Assembly (NCBI GenBank): GCA_040756875.1
Contig: JBFLYH010000002.1
Coordinates: forward strand, 318,526-382,525
DNA: 64,000 nt
Source of the DNA: a candidate division FCPU426 bacterium
GTDB taxonomy: Bacteria; Oederibacteriota; JAAXVQ01; JAUVAV01
Direction of reading: 5' to 3'
Shown here: piece after piece, positions 8,637-17,642 of the stretch
How the letters are laid out: every line of letters starts with the position of its first letter
Position numbering within the stretch: position 1 is the first letter of the stretch
Position numbers and translations under genes: made by a program
Notes under the pieces: generated by a model
Seen by the model: the letters and a program-made list of their open reading frames with translations, nothing else
The model's database searches: none
What the model was told of the DNA's origin: nothing

Positions 8637-10576
8637 GACGCTTCGCGCGCGCGCTGACATTCGGATGGTTGCTGGCCGCCTGCGGTCCGGGGGCCATTCC
8701 CTCCGGCCTGTGGGCTGTCACGGGCGCGGAATTCCTGCGTCTGGAGGTCCCGGCCGCCCGCGGCGCCTTGGCCGCCGGCGCCGCGGACACCGGCGGCAGC
8801 GAGCTTATGCTGCGCAATCCGGCCGGCATTCTCGGCCAGGCGCATCCCGGACTCGCTTTCACGCATTTCTCGGCCTGGGGCGATTTTTCCTATGAACAGC
8901 TGGAGGGGGCGTATCCCGGACTTTGGGGCGGAACAGGGGGCGCGAGGATTTTTTACGCCGGCAGCCACGACCTGGTGGCGCTGGACGACCAGGGCCTGGA
9001 AAGCGGCAGCGTGGCCTACCACGACCTGCTGTTGCACGTGGCCTATGCCCGGCCCCTGGGCGAAAACGTGCATGCCGGCCTGGCGCTCAAGGGGTTCGAA
9101 AGCCAGCTGCAAAACTACCACAGCCTGGGCTGCGCCCTGGACGCGGGCGTGCGCTACCAGACGCCCTGGCCCGGCCTGGCCCTGGGAGCGAGCCTGCTCA
9201 ACCTGGGCGGCCGCAGCGCCTTCCTTTCGGAGGCTGATTCCCTGCCCCTGCAGGCAGCCGCCGGCCTGGCAATGCGGGCGGAGTCCGGCGTCCATGGCTT
9301 CAAGTTCCTGGCTGACTACAGCCAGGTTCTGGTCAGCGCCGAATCCGGCTTGGCCGGGTTGGGAATGGAATACAGCCTGTTGAACTCGGCCTTTCTGCGC
9401 CTGGGCTACCGCCTCAACCAGGATTCCGGACGCCTGTCCGCCGGCGCAGGCTTAAGGGCATACGGCCTGGGCTTGGACTATGCCTACCAGCCGTTCTCCG
9501 AATTGGGTCTCACGCACCGGCTGACCCTGTCCTACGTTTTCCTGCCACCGGCGCGGCCCGCAGACCCGGCCTCACGGCCCATGCCCGCGCCGAACGCCAA
9601 AATCCGCGAATTGACCTCGCTCCCCAGGAGTTTCGAAAGCTCGGTCGTCATCAAAACCCCGAGCGTTGACCCGCGCGTGCGGGAATGGGATTTTGAAATC
9701 CGCGACAGCGAGGGGCAATTGGTGCGCACGATCTCCGGAACCGGCAAGCCGCCTGAATACGTCAAGTGGGACGGCCGCAACCAGGCCGGCGACGCCATCG
9801 TAGCCAAAGACACTTACCATTTCGTTTTCAAAGCCGGGCAGCAGGCCGTGGCCGCCATGGACCTGCCCACTGTCCGCCCATCCTTCAAACTCGACGTCAG
9901 CCAGCACCGGGACCTGGAACCCGAGGTCCGGTTCAGCCTGAACAACCGGCCCGAAGTCACCAAGTGGTCCCTCGCCATTGTGAACGAAAAAACGGAACAA
10001 ACGCTGCATGTCTTGTCGGCTGCGGGCCAATTGCCCGAGCAAATCATTTGGGACGGCCGGGACGAAAAAGGGGCGCTGGTGGACACCGGCCTGCCCCTGC
10101 GCTATCTTCTGAGCGTCGTTTATCCCAACGGTTCACAGCTCGCCGCTTCGGAAAAAATCCGGCCCATCGCCGCCCGCGAGGTCCAAGCGCCGGCCGGGGA
10201 AACCGGTTTGCTGATCCTCAACATCTTGTTCGATTTCAACAGCGCCGTGCTGAAGCCGGAGATGACGGACAAAATGATGGCCGCGATCGGCCTTCTGCAG
10301 AAATACGGCTCCCAGGCCAGGGCGGTCTGCGAAGGCCACGCCGACGACGTGGGCACCGAAACGTACAACCAGTGGCTGTCCCTGGAGCGGGCGAAACTGG
10401 CAAGGCAGTTCTTGATTTCGCAGCCGCAGATCGACCCCGGACAGGTCGCGGCCGAGGGTTTTGGCACCAAGCGCCCCGACAACCAGCAGGACACCGACGC
10501 CGGCCGGGCGCGCAACCGCCGCGTGGAGATCCGGATCTTCTTCCCCAGCACTCCTAAACCCCAACCCCCAAAATAA
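8633..10576 (+). CDS. PorV/PorQ-like outer-membrane beta-barrel fused to two FlgD-Ig-like repeats and an OmpA-like peptidoglycan-binding domain
   Basis: GAEFLRLEVPARGALA...NPAG, LDYAYQPFSELGLTHRLTL barrel end, two WDGR motifs, ILFDFNSA...EGHADDVG..YNQWLSLERA...GRARNRRVEI. Confidence 0.8.
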   Translation: MRRFARALTFGWLLAACGPGAIPSGLWAVTGAEFLRLEVPAARGALAAGAADTGGSELMLRNPAGILGQAHPGLAFTHFSAWGDFSYEQLEGAYPGLWGGTGGARIFYAGSHDLVALDDQGLESGSVAYHDLLLHVAYARPLGENVHAGLALKGFESQLQNYHSLGCALDAGVRYQTPWPGLALGASLLNLGGRSAFLSEADSLPLQAAAGLAMRAESGVHGFKFLADYSQVLVSAESGLAGLGMEYSLLNSAFLRLGYRLNQDSGRLSAGAGLRAYGLGLDYAYQPFSELGLTHRLTLSYVFLPPARPADPASRPMPAPNAKIRELTSLPRSFESSVVIKTPSVDPRVREWDFEIRDSEGQLVRTISGTGKPPEYVKWDGRNQAGDAIVAKDTYHFVFKAGQQAVAAMDLPTVRPSFKLDVSQHRDLEPEVRFSLNNRPEVTKWSLAIVNEKTEQTLHVLSAAGQLPEQIIWDGRDEKGALVDTGLPLRYLLSVVYPNGSQLAASEKIRPIAAREVQAPAGETGLLILNILFDFNSAVLKPEMTDKMMAAIGLLQKYGSQARAVCEGHADDVGTETYNQWLSLERAKLARQFLISQPQIDPGQVAAEGFGTKRPDNQQDTDAGRARNRRVEIRIFFPSTPKPQPPK

Positions 10577-10583
10577 GCCCTCT

Positions 10584-10692
10584 CACCACGAAGGCACGAA
10601 GCTCTCTAAAGAGGCAAGACTTTTCCAGGGTTAAATCATTTAACCCCAACCCATCTTTTCTTCGTGTCCTTCATGGCTTCGTGGTGAAAGAA
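10584..10692. repeat. REP/MITE-like imperfect palindromic element, copy 2
   Basis: CACCACGAAGGCACGAAGCTC...GTTAAATCATTTA...CTTCGTGGTGAAAGAA, lying between convergent genes. Confidence 0.8.
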
Positions 10693-10737
10693 GCATCTTT
10701 GTGGTGATTTTTTCCGAGTGTATCTGTGGCGCGGCTT

Positions 10738-13700
10738 TTAAAAGAGGGTGGTTTGGTCGGTCTTGGGCAGGATGCCGAGGCAGCCGTGCTGGGTGAGGAT
10801 TTCCACAACATTTTTGTTGGCGCCCGTGCGTCGCGAGAGCTCCTCGATCGAACGGAAGGAGCTTTTTGCGCGCTCTTCCACGATGCGCTGGGCGCAGGTG
10901 GCGCCCAGGCCGGTAAGCGAGATCAGGGGCGGCAAAAGCTCCCCTTCGGCAATAATGGCAAACTGCGCAGGGTCGGACTGCATGAGCGAGACCGGGGCGA
11001 ACCGCAAGCCGCGGGCAAAGGCTTCGCGCACCACTTCCAGGACCGTGAGCGTATGCCGGTCCTTGGCCGTGGCTTCCTGCAGGGCGCGCAGTTCCTGGAT
11101 CCGGTCCGCCACCTTTTGCGCGCCGCCTTGCACCACCAGCTGCGCGTCGAAAAATTCGGCGTTGAGGGCGAAATAATTGGCGTAAAACGCGGTGGGATGG
11201 TGGACTTTAAAATAGGCGATGCGGAAGGCCATCAGACAATACGCCACTGCATGGGCCTTGGGAAAGATGTACTTGATTTTCTTGCAGGAGTCGATGTACC
11301 AGGCCGGCACCTGGACCTCCCGCATGCTTTGCTCCTGCTCGGGCGAGAGGCCCTTGCCCTTGCGCACGGATTCCATGGTCTTGAAGGCCTGGGCCGGATC
11401 CAGGCCGCGTGAGATCAGGTAGTTCATGATGTCGTCGCGGGCCGAGATGACCGTGGAGAGGGTGGCGGCCTTGTCCCGAATGAGGTCCGCAGCGTTGTTC
11501 AGCCACACGTCCGTGCCGTGCGAGAGCCCGGAGATACGCACCAGCTCGGCGAACTCCTTGGGCCGCGTGGCTTCCAGCATCTGGCGCACGAACTCGGTGC
11601 CGAACTCGGGAATGCCCAGGGTGCCGATGGGCGTGCCGATGTCCTCGGCCTTGAGCGCCAGGGTGGTCAGCCCGGAAAAAATCGCCAGGGTCTCCGGGTC
11701 GTCGAGCGGTATGGAGCGCACGTCCACGCCCGTCAGGTCGCCCAGGCGCCGCAGGGACGTGGGATCGTCGTGGCCGAGCAGGTCCAGCTTGAGCAGGGCG
11801 TCGTGGATGGCGTGGTAATCCAGGTGCGTGGTCACGATTTCAGAACTGCGGTCGTCGGCCGGGCGCTGCACGGGCGTGAAATCAAAGATCTCCATGTCCT
11901 GGGGCACGATCATGATGCCGCCCGGATGCTGGCCCGTGGTTTTCTTGACGCCTGCGCAGCCCCGGGTCAGGCGGTTGACCTCGGCCTCGCGGATCACGAG
12001 CTTGTTGTCCTCGAGGTACTTCTTGACGAACCCGTAGGCAATGCGGTCCGCCACCGTGGAGATGGTGCCCGCGCGGAAAATATGGTCGCGGTCGAAAATC
12101 TCTTCCAGGGCTTTGTGGGCCTTGGCCTGGTATTCCCCCGAGAAATTAAGGTCAATGTCCGGCAGCTTGTCGCCTTCGAAGCCCATGAACACCTCGAAGG
12201 GGATGTTGAAGCCGTCCTTCTCCAGGGCCTGGCCGCAGGCCGGACAGGGCTTGTCCGGCAGGTCCGGGCCGATGCGGCCGTCCTCCGTGAACTCGTGGTG
12301 GCGGCAGGCCGGGCACAAGTAATGCCCGGGCAGGGGGTTGACCTCGGTGATGCCCAGCATGGTGGCCGTGAGCGAGGAACCGACCGAGCCGCGGGAGCCG
12401 ACCAGGTAGCCGTCGGCCAGGGATTTTTGCACCAGGCGCCGCGCGATCATAAAGAGCGAGGCGAAGTGGTTCTTGATGATGGCGGAGATTTCCCGGTCCA
12501 GGCGCTTGGCCACCACCTCCGGCAGGGGCTGGCCGTAGACTTCCTTGGCCCGCGCCAGGGCCGCGGCTTTGAGTTCCTCCTCGGCCCGGGGCAGCTTGGG
12601 CGGATGAAACTTCTTTTTGACAGGCTGGATGTCCTGGATGCGTTCCGCCACCCGGCGCGGGCCGTCCACCACCACGTCCTTGGCCCCGGCTTCGCCCAGG
12701 TAGGCGAATTCCTCCAGCATCTCATCCGTGGTTTTGAAGTACAGGGGCGCCTGCAGGTCCGCGTCCGCGAACCCCATGCCCGCATGCAGGATCGACCGGT
12801 ACACCTCGTCCCCGGGCTCCAGGAAATGCACGTCGCCCGTGGCCGCCACCGGCAAGCCGAGGCGCTTGCCCAGTTCGTAAATCCGGCGGTTGTACGCCAG
12901 GAGCTGCTCCTCGCCCTGCACCGCGCCCTCGCGGATCAGGAACCGGTTGTTTTCGCGCGGCATGATCTCCAGGTAGTCGTAACCGCGGGCAATGCGCTCC
13001 AGTTCCTCCTCGGACGCGCCGTCGTGCAGGCGGCGGAACAATTCGCCCTGCTCGCAGGCCGTTCCCAGGAGCAGGCCGTCGCGGTACTTGGCCAGGAGCG
13101 AGCGCGGAATGCGCGGGTGGTAATGGAAGTGGCTGAGATGGGCCTCGGAGACCAGGCGGTAAAGGTTGCGGATGCCGCGGGGTTCGGCCACCAGCAGACA
13201 GATGTGATAGGGCCTGGGCGGTTTCTTGGGCGGCTTGATGCTGAGCCACTCGTCCTCCACCAGATAGCCTTCCATGCCGTAGATGACCTTGATTTTATGC
13301 TTTTCCGCCGCGGCCATGGCTTCGGGATAGCCCTGCACCACGCCGTGGTCCGTCAGGGCCACGGCCTGATGGCCGAAAGCCGCAGCCCGGGCCACCAGCT
13401 GGGTGACGCCCACCAGCGCGTCCATGGCGCTCATGTGGGAGTGGGCGTGCAGCTCGATGCGCTTCTCGGTCGCGCAGTCGCGGCGCTCGGGCTTGGTGCC
13501 CAGGGAGACGTCCCGCACCAGCAGGCAGAGATCGCGGGAATATTTGTCGAACTGCAGCGTCCCCCGCAGCCGCACGAAAGCGCCGACCTTGATTTCCGGG
13601 GACAGGGTCTTGCCCGCGTCCACGAATAGGCGCGCATTCAGGGTCCCGGTTTTGTCGTACACGTCCATGAGCGCGAGCTGCCGTCCCGTGCGCAGGGTTT

Positions 13701-14478
13701 TGCATTCGAAGGCGATGAGCTCTCCCTCCATCACCACCTGGTCTTCCTCTTCCGTCAGGCCGGCGATGGGGCGCGGCGGGCTGGCGATCTTCCGGCCCAG
13801 CAGCACCTTGAGCGGGGCGGCCGCGGGCGACGGGCACTCGGCCGAGGCGGCCGGCGCTTCCTCGTTTTCGTTCCGGATCCGCTCCAGTTCCTCGCGCAGG
13901 CGCTTCTGGTACAGGGCTTCCCGGCGCTTGAGTTCCTCCTCGAAGCGGCCGATTTCAAAACGCACGTTGACTTCCCGACCCAGGCGCTCGCTGAGCAGCC
14001 GGCCGAGCACCTTGTCCCCGGACTGCCGCTGCAGGGCCGAGAGGGTCATTTCGTTCGGCAGGGCCACGCGCAGGCGGTTCGGGTCGCCGTTGGTGACCTG
14101 GATGAGCGACAGGTAGGCCCGCGCCATCTGCACCTGGCGCGAGAGGACGTCGACCAGGTCGCGCCAGTGCGCTTCCACGTACTGCCCGGGCGTCACCGCT
14201 CCGCCGGGGTAATGGACGTCCCAGACCATCTGCGTCCCGCCGTCGGCCGCGAACATCTCGGCCAGGCGCGCGCGCAGCTGTTCCAGGCCCTCGGCCGGCA
14301 GCAATTGCGACGCCTCGAGGCGGATGACGATCAGGGCCGGCTGGGCGGTGATGCGGATGGATCGGATCTGGGCGCCGAGCAGCAGCTGTTTGTGTTCGGG
14401 GGGCAGTTCGAGGGCTTCGATCAGGGTTTGCAGACGGGGCGTCAGGCCAGCGGGTTCAACGATGATTTCCGGACTCAT
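10738..14478 (-). CDS. polC: DNA polymerase III PolC-type alpha subunit lacking the inserted 3'-5' exonuclease domain
   Basis: OB fold precedes the PHP domain (KRIELHAHSHMSAMD, TDHG), GYLVGSRGSVGSS, zinc-finger cysteines, PDIDLNFSGEYQ, TTGQHPGG, KLDLLGHDDPT, KIKYIFPKAHA. Confidence 0.95.
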   Translation of the reverse strand: MSPEIIVEPAGLTPRLQTLIEALELPPEHKQLLLGAQIRSIRITAQPALIVIRLEASQLLPAEGLEQLRARLAEMFAADGGTQMVWDVHYPGGAVTPGQYVEAHWRDLVDVLSRQVQMARAYLSLIQVTNGDPNRLRVALPNEMTLSALQRQSGDKVLGRLLSERLGREVNVRFEIGRFEEELKRREALYQKRLREELERIRNENEEAPAASAECPSPAAAPLKVLLGRKIASPPRPIAGLTEEEDQVVMEGELIAFECKTLRTGRQLALMDVYDKTGTLNARLFVDAGKTLSPEIKVGAFVRLRGTLQFDKYSRDLCLLVRDVSLGTKPERRDCATEKRIELHAHSHMSAMDALVGVTQLVARAAAFGHQAVALTDHGVVQGYPEAMAAAEKHKIKVIYGMEGYLVEDEWLSIKPPKKPPRPYHICLLVAEPRGIRNLYRLVSEAHLSHFHYHPRIPRSLLAKYRDGLLLGTACEQGELFRRLHDGASEEELERIARGYDYLEIMPRENNRFLIREGAVQGEEQLLAYNRRIYELGKRLGLPVAATGDVHFLEPGDEVYRSILHAGMGFADADLQAPLYFKTTDEMLEEFAYLGEAGAKDVVVDGPRRVAERIQDIQPVKKKFHPPKLPRAEEELKAAALARAKEVYGQPLPEVVAKRLDREISAIIKNHFASLFMIARRLVQKSLADGYLVGSRGSVGSSLTATMLGITEVNPLPGHYLCPACRHHEFTEDGRIGPDLPDKPCPACGQALEKDGFNIPFEVFMGFEGDKLPDIDLNFSGEYQAKAHKALEEIFDRDHIFRAGTISTVADRIAYGFVKKYLEDNKLVIREAEVNRLTRGCAGVKKTTGQHPGGIMIVPQDMEIFDFTPVQRPADDRSSEIVTTHLDYHAIHDALLKLDLLGHDDPTSLRRLGDLTGVDVRSIPLDDPETLAIFSGLTTLALKAEDIGTPIGTLGIPEFGTEFVRQMLEATRPKEFAELVRISGLSHGTDVWLNNAADLIRDKAATLSTVISARDDIMNYLISRGLDPAQAFKTMESVRKGKGLSPEQEQSMREVQVPAWYIDSCKKIKYIFPKAHAVAYCLMAFRIAYFKVHHPTAFYANYFALNAEFFDAQLVVQGGAQKVADRIQELRALQEATAKDRHTLTVLEVVREAFARGLRFAPVSLMQSDPAQFAIIAEGELLPPLISLTGLGATCAQRIVEERAKSSFRSIEELSRRTGANKNVVEILTQHGCLGILPKTDQTTLF

Positions 14479-14681
14479 CCGCAACTCCGACCAGGGGGTC
14501 TTGGCGGCGCTGACCTATCCATCGCGCGGTCTTCGATGTCGGACATCGTGGGATGGGCGTAGAGTTGGGGGTGAGAGGCAACGAATGACCGCGAGTTCAC
14601 GCACCGATTCTAAAATATTGTAGCAAAAAAAACCGAAATGAACAGAAAATCTTTTCGCCCGAAAAAGGGGCTGCCGGCCGT

Positions 14682-15107
14682 TTAACGCCTGCCGGCCAGT
14701 TCCTGCACCCGTTTCAAGGTGGCGCGCTGCAGCCCCCGCAAAATGTACATCAGAGGGATCATGCCCAGGAGCATGAGGAAAAAAACGGCGAAATTCTGCG
14801 CCACGGTCCGCCAGAACAGGCTCTGCGGCGGCAAAACGAAACGCCACAGTAGCCAGACCGCGGCCAGGCCCAGCAGGGCCTGCCACGGCAGCCACGGCAG
14901 CATGCGGCTGAAGCGGCGCTCACGGTCCGCCAGAATGACGGCGATTTCTTCCAGGGATTTTCCGGGGTAGGAGCGGGAAAGCTGCTGCAGCGCGCTCGCG
15001 CGCGACCAGGCCGGCAGCGTGCGTTTCCCCAGGGCCTTCAGCCACCAGGCCAGCAGGGTAAGCCCCGCCACCAAGCCGGCTGCCACGGCGAGGCTGAGCC
15101 AGCTCAT
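14682..15107 (-). CDS. Small hypothetical membrane protein (about 3 TM segments)
   Basis: ATG at 15107 overlaps the upstream stop (ATGA). Three hydrophobic stretches. Confidence 0.6.
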   Translation of the reverse strand: MSWLSLAVAAGLVAGLTLLAWWLKALGKRTLPAWSRASALQQLSRSYPGKSLEEIAVILADRERRFSRMLPWLPWQALLGLAAVWLLWRFVLPPQSLFWRTVAQNFAVFFLMLLGMIPLMYILRGLQRATLKRVQELAGRR

Positions 15108-16270
15108 GCGGCTTTCCTCTTGGCGGCGATCAGTTGCGCGTAATTGTCCAGCATTTCCTGCGCCTTGGTTTCCGCGGACCAGGCATGGGCCTGCCGGCTG
15201 CATTCCTCGACCTTGGCCGCGTACAGCTGCTTGTCTTCCAGCAGGCGCAGGACCGCGGCGGTGAACTCCTCGAGGTTCAGGGACACGGCCAGTCCGCCGC
15301 CGCCCTGCATGACGTCCCGCACGCCCATGGCCGCCACGGCCACGCAGGGCGTGCCTGCGGCCATGGATTCGGTCAGGACCAGCCCCTGGGTCTCGGTGAC
15401 CGAGGCCAGCAGGTGCAGGTCCGCGGCCGCGTAGAGGTCGGCCCAGTCCCGCCGGTTGAGCAGGCCCAGGAACACCACGCGTTCGCCCAGGCGGCGTTTC
15501 TCGCTTTCAGCCTTTACGGATTCCAGCGCCGGCCCCTGCCCCGCCACCACCAGCCTGGCCCGCGGCTGCTTGGCTTGCAGGCGTTCCAACACGTCGAACA
15601 GAAAGGGGATGTTTTTTTCGTGCGCCACGCGCCCCATGGAAAGCAGCATTTTGTCCTCGGGGCCGAAACCCAGTTTCTCCCGCATGCGCTTGCCGTCCAG
15701 GTTCTGGAAGGGCGAGAGGTCCGTGCCCGTGGGCAGGATCTTGATGGGCGCGCGCAAACGGTAGCCCGCGAGCATTTCCGCGATCGCGCTGGAAGGCACG
15801 ATCACCTGGTCGTGCTGGTCGCAGAACCAGCGCGAGAACGAGGCGACGATCGGCTTGTCGAGCGAGCGCGGAAGCAGTTTGAAATAATGGGGCATGTAGG
15901 CCTCGAACAGGGTGTGGTAGGTGTGCAGGCTGGCCAGGCCCAGGCGCCGCGCCTGGCGCGCCATGGCAATGCCCAGGGCGAACGGCGTCTGAGTGTGGAT
16001 GATGTCGAGCTTGAGTTCGGGCAGTTTCTTGAACAGCCGCCGCGCGGTCGGGCTCAGGGTATTGCCCAGCCGGTCCTCGGGGCTGAAGAACAGATAATAG
16101 GAAGGAAAGCGCAGCACCTCGGGGTTCTCCTCCTGGGCGCCGGGATAACGGGGCGCGAAAATGGTCACCCGGTGGCCCAGCCGCCGGAAATGTTCGGCAA
16201 AGGTGAGCGTGGATTTGGTGACGCCGTTGATGCGCGGCAGAAAAGTGTCCGTGACCATTCCAATATGCAT
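15104..16270 (-). CDS. GT4 glycosyltransferase (1,2-diacylglycerol 3-glucosyltransferase-like)
   Basis: IGMVTDTFLPRINGV, HTYHTL, GRVAHEKN, ETQGLVLTESMAAGTPCVA. RBS AAGGAG upstream of ATG 16270. Confidence 0.85.
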   Translation of the reverse strand: MHIGMVTDTFLPRINGVTKSTLTFAEHFRRLGHRVTIFAPRYPGAQEENPEVLRFPSYYLFFSPEDRLGNTLSPTARRLFKKLPELKLDIIHTQTPFALGIAMARQARRLGLASLHTYHTLFEAYMPHYFKLLPRSLDKPIVASFSRWFCDQHDQVIVPSSAIAEMLAGYRLRAPIKILPTGTDLSPFQNLDGKRMREKLGFGPEDKMLLSMGRVAHEKNIPFLFDVLERLQAKQPRARLVVAGQGPALESVKAESEKRRLGERVVFLGLLNRRDWADLYAAADLHLLASVTETQGLVLTESMAAGTPCVAVAAMGVRDVMQGGGGLAVSLNLEEFTAAVLRLLEDKQLYAAKVEECSRQAHAWSAETKAQEMLDNYAQLIAAKRKAA

Positions 16271-16320
16271 GGCAGTTGCTTGCTCCTTTGGGGTTGTCGG
16301 TTCGTGCGTATTGCCCGTTA

Positions 16321-16458
16321 CTAACAGGGTGCTGAAAAATCCATATATGCTCCGCTGGCACCCTGTTACCCCATGAAAAATCTCTGGTTTTTCATGGGGT
16401 ATTCCACGCAACGCGATCGAAAAAGTCCGCTCTGCGGGCTTTTTCATCAGCCTGCTAA
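16321..16458. mobile_element. Non-autonomous MITE (IS5-like), 130-bp core flanked by CTAA direct repeats
   Basis: CTAA-CAGGGTGCTGAAAAA...TTTTTCATCAGCCTG-CTAA, i.e. imperfect terminal inverted repeats, with internal hairpins. Confidence 0.65.
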
Positions 16459-17642
16459 GTATCGGCAGTCCCCGGCTGGGCCGAGGGCCTTTTTTTCTCC
16501 GTTAGTTGGCGGTAAATTTCCAGCAATTCCCCGGCCTTGGCCGCGGCGGAATACTGTATGACCTGGGCCTTGGCCTCGGCCTGTTTGGCCGCGTACCAGG
16601 CGGGATCGGACAGCAACCGCTCCACGGCCGCGGCAAAAGCCGCCGGCTGGTTCGGCACCAGTTCTCCGCCGCCGTGTTTCAGCGCTTCGCGCGCGCCCAT
16701 GGCGCCCACGGCCACGCACGGCTTGCCCGCGGCCATGGCTTCGTTCAGCACCAGGCCCTGCGTTTCGGTTTTCGAGGAGAGCACGAACACATCCGCGGCG
16801 GCGTAAAGATCCAGCCTGCCCTGGCCCCGCACGTATCCCGCGAAAACCACGCGGTCAGCCAAACGACGGCGCCGGACTTCGTCCTGCATGGCCTCGAGGC
16901 CCGGCCCGGAACCGGCCAGCACCAGCCGCAGGCGGGGATGGGCCGGAGCCAGGCGCTCCACCACTTCCAGCAGCAGCTCGAGGTTCTTCTCGCCGGAGAT
17001 CCGCCCCAGGGAGAGCAACACCTGGTCCTGGTCCGAGAGGTTCCAGGCCGCGCGCCCGCGGGCCTGCTGGCCTTTTTGAAACTCCTCCAGATCCACGCCC
17101 GTGGGGATGACCCGGATCGGCGCCGTAACCCGGTAGCGCCGCAGGATCCGCGCCATGGCCCGCGACGGCGTCACCACCAGGTCGTGCCGGTTGCAGAAAG
17201 AACGGGACACGCGCCGCACCAGCCACTGCCCGGTCCGCTGCGGCAGCGGGCGCATGTAATGCTCGACGTAACGGGCGAAATACGTGTGATAGGTATGCAC
17301 CGTGGGCACGCCGTGGCGCCGCGCCCAGCGCAGGAGCATGAGCCCCAGCGAAAAGGGCGTGTGCGTGTGCACCACATCCAGCTTCAGTTCCGGCAGGCGG
17401 CGCAGCAGGAGCAGGGATTTGGGGTGCAGGGGTTTGGCCAGGCGGTCTTCGGGATTGTTGCGCGGCCGGCGGCTGGGAAAGCGCCAGACGTCGGTTTCCT
17501 CGGGTTCCGGGCCGGGAAAAGCGGGCGCGAACACGACCACGCGATGCCCCAGGCGCCGGAATTCGCGGGCAAAGGTGTCCACGGATTGGACCACGCCGTT
17601 GATGCGGGGGGCGAAGGTGTCCGTGGCCAGGCCGATGTTCAT
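16455..17642 (-). CDS. GT4 glycosyltransferase, paralog of 15104-16270
   Basis: IGLATDTFAPRINGV, HTYHT, GRISGEKN, ETQGLVLNEAMAAGKPCVA. Confidence 0.85.
   Translation of the reverse strand: MNIGLATDTFAPRINGVVQSVDTFAREFRRLGHRVVVFAPAFPGPEPEETDVWRFPSRRPRNNPEDRLAKPLHPKSLLLLRRLPELKLDVVHTHTPFSLGLMLLRWARRHGVPTVHTYHTYFARYVEHYMRPLPQRTGQWLVRRVSRSFCNRHDLVVTPSRAMARILRRYRVTAPIRVIPTGVDLEEFQKGQQARGRAAWNLSDQDQVLLSLGRISGEKNLELLLEVVERLAPAHPRLRLVLAGSGPGLEAMQDEVRRRRLADRVVFAGYVRGQGRLDLYAAADVFVLSSKTETQGLVLNEAMAAGKPCVAVGAMGAREALKHGGGELVPNQPAAFAAAVERLLSDPAWYAAKQAEAKAQVIQYSAAAKAGELLEIYRQLTEKKRPSAQPGTADT

Noticed and set aside
11518-13629. 703-aa plus-strand ORF, and similar long antisense ORFs (52081-55026, 16506-18047, 24292-25668)
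   Set aside because: Shadow frames of GC-rich housekeeping genes, with no recognisable motifs.
16271-16447. N-terminal extension of the glycosyltransferase to 447 aa
   Set aside because: It runs through the MITE. The paralog begins at the equivalent MxIG motif and an RBS precedes ATG 16270.
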